Assembly: GCA_047495785.1 (NCBI GenBank)
Contig: JBLDXI010000010.1
Location: 1-64,000 of the forward strand
Direction of reading: 5' to 3'
DNA length: 64,000 nt
DNA from: Lepidodermella squamata
Taxonomy: Eukaryota > Animalia > Gastrotricha
Positions 21,263 to 33,200 of this stretch are shown piece by piece (position 1 is the first letter of the stretch; every line of letters starts with the position of its first letter). Under the pieces are notes generated by a model, which was not told where the DNA came from, ran no database searches, and worked only from the letters and a program-made list of their open reading frames with translations. Both the position numbers and the translations under genes were made by a program.

Positions 21263-24200
21263 ATGGACACGACAAAAGCTATGACGGTTATTGTTGAGCA
21301 GTTCGAGCAGGATGGAGGGTTGGCTCTTGATTTCAATTTTTGGTTTAATTATTAATTTCGCTATGTGTTAAACTAGAATAATGACCGAGGGTGAAGAGCG
21401 CGGCAGTCAAGTACCTTCGAAAGCTCGAAAATTGCGAATAGCCCTGTTACATTGGTTGGCTAACGTGACGAAAAGCGCTAAATCGGCCAAGCCAGAAGAT
21501 GTGAAACAGTTGACAGGAGTATCGATAGAGATTATCAATTTTTGCGGACCTTCTTTCCTGCCGAATGGCACTGGCGAACAAGCTGGAGAACAAATGGATG
21601 CTCAAAGTTTGTAGAAAAGCTAAAATTTACGCATGATGTCTAAATTGAGTTTTACCAGGCATGATTCTGTGGATGTTCGAACGATTTTTCAGTATTTTAT
21701 CCACTGTTGAGCCTGCCAACGTGAATGTGAATGAAATTTTGGACACGATGACGGCAATTTTAAAGCTAATTGAGGAGTTCGACGTCAGTCTGTATTATGA
21801 AATATCCTTTCGACTCGTTGCATTTCTTGGAGGTATTTCCTTTAAATAATAATTTGACAAATTTATTTAATACTTTATTAGACATTGTGCAGACCTATTT
21901 GAAAGACCACTGTACGGGCGTAGTGAAACTTGCGTATAGCGATCTTGAATTTTTCACGGAGGATTTCGATTTGAAGCAATGCCGCCTGCCATCAAATGGG
22001 ATCGAGTTGAACGGCTTGACTCAAATCAATCGATTAGTCACTCATTTGTTGGCGATTTTACACAACGGAATCACCTCGATTTATGCCACTGCCCAACCTT
22101 TGATTCTTCTCGATGCATGTCGAGCTGTTTTGATCGCTTTGGAATGTGGCGACCCGCAAATTAAGCTGGCAAGTTTTAAGACTGAAATGTATTCTCTCAT
22201 TATTTATATTTTTTATTTAGAAAAGCCTACAGTTTTTGTGTATTGCGATTATGACACTTCATAAGTCTTTCCGGTGCTGCTACGTCGCAGAATTGAAATG
22301 CTTGAACACTTTAATTCCGATTCTGTTCGCAGATATTTGCGCAACTGTCAAGCTATTAAACGGTTACAAATCGGAATATTCAGCCGTTTTGAATGGATGC
22401 GTAGATCTCATGGCAGCTTTGAGTCCAACGTTATTAACCGATTTATGTTCACCTGAGGCTTTAGCTGAAATAGCAGAAACTAGCATAACGTTTTTGATTT
22501 CGAACCCGGTCGATGATCATCGGATTTTCGAACAGCTCATTGACCTGTTGTCCTTGGGTAATAGTAACGAGAACCCGTTACCAACTGGTCGAATTTTCGA
22601 TTTGCTCGAAAGCTTATTAGCTAATCCTGGCTTCGAATCTCTGTCAATGACCGCGAATTTATTAGGAAAAATCGCTGTGCTAGTTCAGTCGAATTCAGCT
22701 GATTTTGGCTCTTCTTGGTTTCGAAATCTTGAAGAAAACGAATTATCGGGCATATTTTCTTCTCGAGATTCGCCGAGTGTCATGATTCCGGCGAAAAGGC
22801 AAAAAACTGAAGAACCGTTGATTGCAACTAACGCTCGAACTGTCGCTCATTTTTGCAAAAGTCATCCAATTATCGGAATTATTCTACGATCTCTATCGAG
22901 TTCATTCATCGCCCACAACGATAAAGGCCTTCCAGATTCGGTTTCTAATGTCAATTTGCTAGCCTCGGTACTATTTTCTGCTATCAACGCTGATTTGGAA
23001 AAAGCTGCGTCTGACGTAGTTCAATCTTACTCGGGCATTGTTCGAAGTGTGATGGCAGCTATTCAAAGCATGCTGTTGAATTTCGTCGAGCAGAGCCAAA
23101 ATCCGGCGAAAGAACTCGACACAAGTTTGGCCTATTTATCATTCTTTCAGCACATCACTTCAATGACTTGGCCGGAAAAATTCTTCGATCAAAGCCAATT
23201 GTTTGTTTTCACTGGATTCGCGTCATTGCCATGGTTCAGTGGGCAGCAAAATTGGCTGGATCTGAAGTTACCACCTAGCATAACGAAATCCCTTCAAAAT
23301 TTCGCCATGAAATTTGCTGCATTCGATTTGAAGTATTTGGAATCGGCAGTTGATTGCATAACTTTTTTGCCTCGAGAAATTTGCCCGCAATGGCGGCAAT
23401 TTGTCTTCCGAGAATGTTTCAAAACACCTCCGACTCTTGGTGCGATTCCGGCGATCAAAAGATTTCCATATTTATTGCATGTTATGGGTCCGACCAGTAA
23501 TTCGCTGGTCTATGAATCACTCCATCAATTCGTGGCGTCTGAAAGCGATAGAGCCGATCTAATGGTCCAAGTTGCGTCAATTCTCGGCGATTTAGCTTGC
23601 GTCATTTCGAGGCAATGTTCAGTTTCAAGAGGGACGTCAAAAGCTTTGGCAATAAATTGCCCATGTCATATTCAAAATGCGACTATCGACGATTCGGAGG
23701 CCGGGCGATCAACATCGAGCCGCGCCGTTGATGCTGCGATGTTCATCCCTGTTGCTGACGTTCTCTCGATTAACAAATTGGATTGCAAGGTGAGGCGACA
23801 AATGGCGGCGTCTTGCAAGAAAATCTTCTCCCATTTGTCATTCGCCCAAACTGCTTCGATTGAGCTACTGAAAGGTTTGTTTCCTATTGCCAGGAAGGAA
23901 TCTCTATGCAAAAAATTTCCACTCACAATTTGAGCACTAGCAAAAATAACTACTTTTTAAGTGCGCTGAAATTTCGAATATCTTTTAAAATTTTGGTTTA
24001 ATATACCGTAAATACCGAATTGGTAAATGTAGGTTTTCTTATCAATATCCTTAAATTCGTCCAATATAAAAGATTAATAATTAGCAGCCGTCCGACTTTC
24101 GTCGCTTTGGCTCATATTCAACAATACATACATAGATCATTGCCCGGTGGAACATGATACCCAACTTTTGATCCAAGACCCCTTTATTCTTTATTCATAA

Positions 24201-27200
24201 TTGATCGGATGATCCCAGCGCGCGGCCGGGCCTTCGATGACAATCTCGACTAGTGTTCATCCCAGCTCAATCTCGGCGTTAATGTGACTCCGAGATATTT
24301 CAGCGACGGAACCTGCGGTATCAGTTTTCCATTGAGTCTAACAAGTGCTTTCGGCTTCTTGTTATAATTCCCGAACACCATCACTTCGCACTTGAGCAAG
24401 TTGAGTTCAAGTCGCCATTTGTCGCACCATGCAGAGATACCAAGCAGCTTGTCCTCGATTCGCCGGCATGCCGCGCCATAGGACCTGGCCGCTGCCCAGT
24501 TGAGGGCGTCGTCCGCGAATGTCCCACGAGCCACAGAGCCCGGTGTGAATGCATCGTTCGCTTCGCACTGCTTTTCTTGCATATCCGCTGTGAAAAGAAT
24601 GAATATTTTAGTGAAAAGAAAGAATGAAATAGGCATGCCGAATTATTAGGCACTGCCTTCTAATATTTTTGAACGCCTCTTCTGCGTCTTCACCGCATTC
24701 TTGAGACGCGATGACCGCCTTAAGCTTGTTCAACTCATCCATTGCGGCTTCGCAGGGCTTGCCCGGTTTGAAAGCCGAGATCAGGGTGTCTTCACTGCCG
24801 TCCGTTGCCACGGTGACACTGCAGCTTTTGAATGAATCGGTAATTACTGACATCGGCAACTCTTCCCAGGCTCGAACAATCCAAGAACACACCTGCTCGA
24901 AAGTAGGCTGACGCATATTACCGCTCTTTGTAAAACTGTGCTGGATTTCATCCGCCATAAATTCATCGTAAAATTCGACGAGGCGAGCAATAAAATATTC
25001 ATAGGTGTATAGGTGCCAGAACGAGCTTTCAACTTTTCAGATTGTTCTTCCCCGGTGGGCCTATGGTCCAGAATAAATCCTAGTCATTCGATTGGTGAGA
25101 TAGCGGGCAGTGTGGTGTTAGCGATTTGCAGGCTGATTGAGGGAATTTCGACTGGGTGCCCTGGGGATGAAACCATGAACTGGGACTTGTCTGGGTTTAG
25201 TTTAAGCGAGTTTAAGCGAGTAAACCACGAGCAGAATTTGACTAGCCTATCTTGCAGTAAATCTCTGGCCTCCTTCAAGTGATCTCAGTACTGCTATATC
25301 GTGACACTTGGGCTGTATGAGAATTGGATGTATAACATCAAAACTTACCAAAATCAACAGTTTAGATCCGTCGATATTATCTTGGATCGATTGACTGATA
25401 ATGGCTATCGTGACAGAAAAGATGGACCAACGGCCCTTTGCCTAGGTATCGTTCTCCGTGAACTCACGAGTTCCCAGCTGAGAGGTGACATTTGATTGCG
25501 CACGCGAACAGTTCCGACGAGCCATAAAAGGGCTCATCGTTAGCCCAGAATCCAGCTTGAGCTTTTGAACTTCTTAGAAAATCTTATTTCTGATTTGAAT
25601 AATCTAACTTACGGCATTTTTCAGTCGCGAAGTCGGTTATGAGACAGGTTTGCTCTCATCGCAATGCCTTTAATTTGAGTATACCATTTTCCGTCGAATT
25701 TCACTGTGTTGTGCTTCAGAACGAATTCAACTGTTTCAACGAAGAAGTCGCTGCAACCTTCTTCAATCGCTTTAGTTTCCGAGATTATTCTGTTAGCCGA
25801 GGCAAGAGCTTCATTAATTGGTATTTGATTATACATATCAGAGATGTCTGCGGTAGCATATGGGGGTCTCCTGGACCCCAATCTTGCGCATTTGGTGGGT
25901 CATAGACCAGAAAGCACATTGAACATTGATACCCGGGAAGGGAGATGTTGACGGGTAAAATCGGAACCTAATTGATCCATAGTCCTGATAATTCGATAAG
26001 TATTTGATGGATATAAGTAATTTTTCTTAATTTTAATTGTTTTATTTTAGGAAATTGTTTGTCACTTCTCACTGATGAAGACGACGCCGCTCGACTGCTA
26101 TTCGCAGAATCACTTGCTAGCGTGGTTGACGTGGGCGAAGAGTTGAAAGCCGCATTTCTCGAAAAAATCTCAAAAACTGAAAATCCAAGCCAACTTTTGG
26201 CCTATTCACACGTCTTAGCCGTCTCATCGTTGCTGAAAAATGCGCGTGAAAACGTCTTCTCCGCACTTCTCACTTATTTGGTCAACTGCTCGTTGCAAAC
26301 CATGTCGAATCAGTCTGAAACTCGACTATCAGGCTCGGTGGCTGAAAATTTGTTGGCTGATATTATTGTTAAGCACAACCCCGATCGGCCTTTCATGGTT
26401 TTCGTCGATTGCATGGCCGATCTAGGCGAGTTGCTATGCCAACGCTTGATCACCATCACTACTAACGCGAACCAAATCGCAAATGGCGATAAAGACAGGG
26501 CAAGACGTCGCGCATTGTCCGGAATTTTACATACCATGGAAAATATCTGCCGGACGTTCCGCTTCACCGACCTTGAGCATTGCTTCTCAATGGTCATGCC
26601 AGCCGTTTTACCGCGTTTAGTCACCGCGTCCGACGTTGATATTTCGATCAGAGTGAATCTACTCGAATTTCTAGCCGAACAGTTAAGGATGTCGCCGAAA
26701 CACCTGCTGGCTGAGCATGTCGTCCGAATTTGGACCTACGTGTTGTGTTACGCGCAAACCGCCCAGGCTATCGAGGCAGCTAACAGCGTCGTAAAAGCAG
26801 TGGCGAAGTCGAATTTGGACGAAATGGTCTCGCGAGACAGTCAAAAGGCCTGCTTCCAGTTGGTCTCCAAGCTTGGCGTGAATCAAAAGCAGGCGATTAA
26901 AGGCTTGAGATTCCTCGCCGAGCATGAGCAAACATCAGGCCAGCGATTGAGTGATATGCAATTCGTCGACTTTTTGAGCCAACGTTTTCTTGGAATTCTT
27001 CTGTTTCTAGACACTCAATTTCAATCGACCTCAGTGTGTCATGCCGAGAAATTGTCCCTTGTTCAGAGTCTATGTATCTTACTCACAACCATGGGCGCTA
27101 GTCATGTAAACACGGTTCGAGTGAAACTTTTGGCCACGCTTCGCATTATTTTGAAACTGAAGGCTAAACGATTTTTGGAGGTCGCCCTCAAAGCTTGGGC

Positions 27201-30200
27201 GCTTTTCGTCAAGTCACTAGAGCCGGATAATCTGGCTCATATGTTGCCGCAGATCCTAGTTTCCCTGCTACCTCTCGCCAAAATGTTTCAGGGCAATGTC
27301 GACTCGATTTTCGAGTATTTGTTCAGTTTCAAAGGCGCTGTTATCCAGAAGTCGGCCGAAGAGATTTCTTACATCATCGTTGATATCGTTGAATTTGCCC
27401 GGCATGTCAAAGCTGTCCCGGATATAACTGCGATTAAACGAAGCCCGAAAAACTTTGCCATCGCGTGCTCTCGCGGTTGCGCGAATGAAAGCAGTGAAGT
27501 TCGTCTGCTGGCTTTGAGTCGATTGAAAAGCTATTTCGCGGAGAATCAAACCGTTTTGGTCAACAGCATGAGCTCGAACACGCTGGAGCAAGAATGGGGG
27601 CCGGTTTTAGGCCAGCTATTGAGGTGTTGCCACGATACTGATATCAACGTTCGATTAGCAGCGACTGAAGTTTTCGGCCTATTCGGCGCCGTAAATCCGT
27701 CTCGTATTCCGGCTTTGCAAAGCGGTGCTACGCATTTGACCAATTCTAACCTATCACTATCGCTGAATGAAGTAACAACAGATCCTGGTTTCGCGTACAG
27801 TTTGATTATGGACGTTTGTCGCGTTTTTCTGGCTGCTGATGACACGAAGGTTCAGGATGCTGCTGCTTATGCCCTGCAGCAGCTACTTTCAACTTTTGGG
27901 GTCAATGAAGCGCTTTTGACGATGAGTCAGCTGCAAACTAATAGCAGTTTTGGAATTCGTTTATGGAACAAATTTGCAACTTCGACCCAACAGCTACTGA
28001 AACCATACCTGAAAACCAAGTAAGGATTTTCTCAGAAAGAAAAATTGTAGCGCCACAGAAAATTTTGTATAATCTAAGAAAATGTGTAAAATCTAGGGTC
28101 ATTTCCTTCGGCCTGAATGCTAATTTCATGAAAATGTCAATCAAGCTTGAAATTTGGGAACTGGGGAAAAATACAATCCGTGTCATATCAGGAAGGGCCA
28201 GCACTCTTAAATCTGAAACTACAATTTGCTGTATAAAAAAAGCGTAATTATAAATGAAAAAAGTCCACTTTTTTGTAACGACAAATGTTACGTGACACGT
28301 TACCGGTTTTTCCTTCGATGTATGGCTTATTTCCACTGCCAAAAAACGTAAAAAATTGCCGTATCATTCGTTACGGTTTATTTGTAACTACATTTTTTCC
28401 CGTCGCACACGCCGCACTTCTTGCTAAGCGTGGTCGAAATTTGTATCGAAATCATACAAGTCAGCGAGATGAATGAATTCATGTGACTTGGACTTGAGGA
28501 TGTTCAAATGATCACCAAATCCAAGTCCAAGTCACATGAATTCATTCATCTCGCTGACTTGTATGATTTCGATACAAATTGCGACCACGCTTAGCAAGAA
28601 GTGCGGCGTTTGCGAAGGATATATGTTGCACAAAAACAGAACAAGAAGAAATGTGGATAAAATGAGTATAATCAAGAATATAATTGGATGAGCAGGATTT
28701 TCAACAGCTCATATTCAAGTATAAGTATAAGGCACTCATTATTAAGGCATTCAATTTGGCATACAATTTGGACTAGTTTGAGATATATTTAGGGTATGCT
28801 TTTGAGCAAGATTATATGAGCAATTTCGATAACTCTCAAGAGCATCATTCATAGGATCACCGGTGTATGCATCAGCACACATGAAAGCTATGTAGAAAAA
28901 CAAGTCAAATCATCGTCATCAAGATCATCATCAATAGGTATTGTCATAAGATCGCATCGGCTTGATTAGTTTTCGCGAGCACAGAACCTTTTGAGTTGTG
29001 GCGATGAAGGTTGTACAAAGCATTTCTTTGAGCAGAACCAAAAACTACAGATCGAGCACTGGCTCCAACCGGCTTGGCCGGCCTCAAAGAGTCTAAAGCA
29101 TAAGCGGCACCGATTTCGGTCGACGAGGATTGGCGTAAGAGGCGTTTTGTTTTCGACCAGTTCGCTATCAGCTTCAGCATTCTATAATCGGAAAAAAATG
29201 ATGAGAAAAAATGTTTAATTTCGTTTTCATCATTATTATTATGCGACAATACTTACCGAACGTGAAGAGCTGCTCGCTTCGTTATTCGGACTTTGGCGCA
29301 GTTTGTGCATGCGTTTGACTCGCATGTTAGTGGAAATCGACGTCATTAACCATCCCTTTATGAAAGGAAGAAAACACATGTAAAAATGTATTACACGGAA
29401 TATCGGCATTTTTTGGAAGCCATTGTCAATACGGACAAAATTGGGTTAATCTTTTTTCATCTTGCCAAACATCTTTTTCTATCTAACCGAAAATTTCCAT
29501 CTTTATTCATCTAACCAGCATTTTCTCGCGTGAAAAATACGAAAAATCTTTTTTCATCTTGCCAATGTCTTTTTGTATCTTGCCAACATCTTTTCCCATC
29601 TTGCCACGTGTTTCAATAGTTTTTTTGCGGCCACGCGTCTCGCAACGAAATCTTCAATAGCCTACCACCCAAGTGGGCAGTACGCTTAGGGTAATCGAGA
29701 AAATCAATCTCACGATTCGGTTCCTCAAGCCTAGCCCATCCGTTGATTTAGGCCTGTTCTTTAGGAACTTCGAATCGACCAAGGATAGGACGGCCGCCCG
29801 GTACCGCACGACGCAGTACTTCACAATTGCGGCCGGCATTCGATTGAAAAGTTCCAAAATGTTAGCCCTCTCAGCCGGTGTTACCTGAAATTATAAAATG
29901 ATGAGAAATTGTATTATTAAAATTGAAAGCTCACATAAACGGTGAAATGAATAAAAATGTGTTATCAGTATAATAACTGCGCATGGGCCACGGTAAGAAC
30001 TAAGTCTCTGGCCTCAGAGCAACTCGGGAACCGTCGAAATTTGGCACGCGGTGAATTCCAAGTTAATACTCCGAATCGCAGTTATCAGCAAAAACAGCAG
30101 TCAAATGCCAAGTTTCTTCGTGCGAAAAATTGACTCAATTTTTGCGAATTTTTATTAGCTGGATCACCGACGACAACAGCATCTCCAACACGATACTCAA

Positions 30201-33200
30201 CACCGCGAATCGTAGTTTTAGAGTAGCAGAGAACGACCTGAGGAAATTCGGGCAGCAAAAGAGTCAAAAAAATCAATCGGTATCAATTTCGCGTTAGGAT
30301 TTCTTTTCTGCTCAATTAAGGTAGCAACGAATCGAAGTATAGCAAACTTGGCAACCGAATAGGGCGTATTTTTGGTATTTTTATAAGTTTTCGACTTCAG
30401 TATTGCGTGATAGGCCTCAAACCGCATGGTCCAGGTGATTCGCAAGGGACCCAGGGCGATCATTTGAGCGGCTAGATGGAGCAAGTAGTGGTGTTTCGGG
30501 CGAATGAATTTTTTGCCGTTCGAAGAAACTGGGAATGATGCTTGCATACAACATCGTTCAATTTCTTTGAAATTTGGACGTTAGATAGCGGTGACAAACT
30601 AATGACAAGCTGATAGGCATTTATTAGTGAATGGGCCACTATTGGAACAAATACGTTAAGTTAATTAGTCGATCGGACCGATTTGGTTTACACTTATAAC
30701 TTGAATGTTCTGTTTTTATTTTGTATTCCTTGCCCATTCGTGAATAGTATTTTATATCGCTCACTTTCATTACACTATAGTGTCACGGAAATTATTTACG
30801 TAACATCCCGGCCCACGGAATACCGGGGCAAATTACATTTTTACTTTGGATTTCGGAAAACAGTATCGTGGCGGCGTTGTTACTCTTTTTTATTGTGCGA
30901 CCGCATAAATTTATGGTTTATCTGACGAAAATAGCTTAACCGTTACTCTGTTATGGAAAAGTTTACGTTTTTTCGAGCTGTTACGCCCTGTAACGGCAAA
31001 AATTGTCGTGCTAAATTTAAGAGTGAGAATACCGAAAGCTACCGAACCATTTACTATGTATACCAAAAATTTCTTGAACTGTTCAAAAGCTCTCTCTTCA
31101 AGATAATTCGAGCTGCCAAAAGTTTACATTTTTCTTTGATTTTTCAATTTTTTAGGTATGTTTTGACTGCCAAGTTCGATCCGTCGCAAGTGAAAATTCC
31201 GTTTTTCGGTTCGAATGACCGCCTTTCTCAATACAAGGAATGGCTCTGCGCTTTCACCCATTACTTGATCCAATCTCTGCCCGTATCTGCCAATGTCAGC
31301 GGCCACGCTAGTCAGCTGACCAACTGCTTCCAAGCTTGCAAAGCCATCGTTCGTTACGACGCAGCCCTGGCGTTGTTCCTGCTCCCATTTATTGCTCTTC
31401 ACGTTGTCACGAATTCGCAAGACAACAGTGGAAATTCTGGGCTTTCAAACGAAATCGGCCTTGAATTGCAAGCTGTTATCGATGCTTGTGTCGCCACGAA
31501 TGACCATCGATTAGTTGTAGTTAACACAACCCTAACGAACGCTTCGCCATCTGGGCGTGACGGAAGTGGGACCCCGCCAGCTTTTGCTATCGCGTCGCAA
31601 GTTCAATCCTACGTGTCATCTCAACTTCCAATGGCAGCTCAGGCCGCGTTCATCGTCATCGATCATTTCACGCGGTGGTTGGAAAACGCGAATTTGAGAA
31701 ATTCACAGCATCAACAACGGGCGATGCAAGTCAGCCGGCGTGGTGCTGATCAACAGGCGCTACCTCCAGCTGTTCCGTTACTCCAGGTCGAAGCTGTGGC
31801 TAACTTTCTTCGCAAAATCCCATCGCTTTCCCTGGCAATAGCTGCGGCGAATTGCCGGTACCCAGCTCGGGCGATGCGTTACTTCGAGGAGCATTTAGCG
31901 AGCCAGACTCCTAATACGCCAGTTTCTACGGCTGCGGCAAATTTCCTGCAAAAGCTCTACATGCATCTGGGCGAGCCTGATGGTGTCCTTGGCGTAGCAG
32001 CTACTTTCTGCCAGACACCCACTATCGAGCAAAACATCTTAAGGCACGAAATTAACGGCCAATTGAGTGATGCCTTGACGTGCTACGAGCAGGCTATTGA
32101 GCAAAACCCGGATAATTTCGACTTCTATCGGGGCGTTATCGGCTGTTTGTTGAGTTTAGGTCGTGATACATCGGCTTTGCATACAGTCGCCGGCGTTTTT
32201 GGCCGGCAGGATGAATCTCTTCAACTACCTGTTCAAGCTAAATTCTTACCATTTCAAGTCGAGGCACTAGGTCGGTTGAGTGACTGGTCTAGGTTGGAAA
32301 GTTGCCTAAAATCAGCGAGTTCAACCCTGATTCCGAACTCAACCGCTGTAACTCGAAGCTTAGAGTGGCCGGTTGGCTTTTGGTCAGCAGTTGTTTCACT
32401 GCGGCGCAATGACTCGTCTGCCTTCAACGAAGCGATTTCCTCGCTACGGCGGGCTGAACTCGGCCCGTTATCAGCCGCTAGTCTCGAGGCTGCGTCTTAC
32501 GTTCGTGGCTACGACAGCATAGTAAAAATGCATGTTTTAGCTGAGCTGGAAATGTTGGCGAAATACCTTTTAGGCCAAGGCACTGCCCTCTCTGAAATCG
32601 ACCAGGGCGATAAGCGGAATAGCAATAAAATAGCTGATACCTTGGCGTTATTCGACGTCAGGTTAGCGCTGACTGAAAAATCGTTAGCAGTTCGAGAGCC
32701 GCTACTCCAATTCCGGCGATTGGCCACAAAATTGCTGGCGGAGGGTGGAAATCAGCAAATGTTGCCTGGTTTGAACTCTCGTCTCGGTCGATTGTGGCTA
32801 GCCAGTGCCCGGCTGGCGAGGAAAGCTGGTCGTTACGAGACAGCTTATGGCCATATTCTGGCTGCTAACGCGTTCGCCGACCCAGGCGAGTTGCGGCTTG
32901 AAACTGCGAAATGGCTGTGGGCTCGAGGCAGCCGGGAAGACGCCTTATCATCGCTTGAACGGTGGTTAATCACGAAAAACCAGACTGGAAGTGCTGCTTC
33001 GAAGGACCCTCTCAATGCGCGAATGTTGTGTTTATGGACGCGTTACAACGAAGAAACGGCTATGTTGGACAGTGCTTCTCTAGTCAAACACTACCGGGCT
33101 GTGGTCGATGCTAATCCGAGGTCCGAAGAGAGTTATTTCTATCTGGCCAAGTATTTGTCGAAACTACTTCTCACGGCTTTGGAACAGCCTGCTCAGCAAG

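Noticed and set aside
25301-25495. Plus-strand 64 aa ORF as a sense-oriented transposase piece
   Set aside because: No convincing motif. The minus strand gives a better Penelope-like LVSFDV match.
25440-25620. Possible piggyBac fragment (FWANDEPFYG..VRNQMS) on the minus strand
   Set aside because: It needs a frameshift and the match is too short, so it is not counted.
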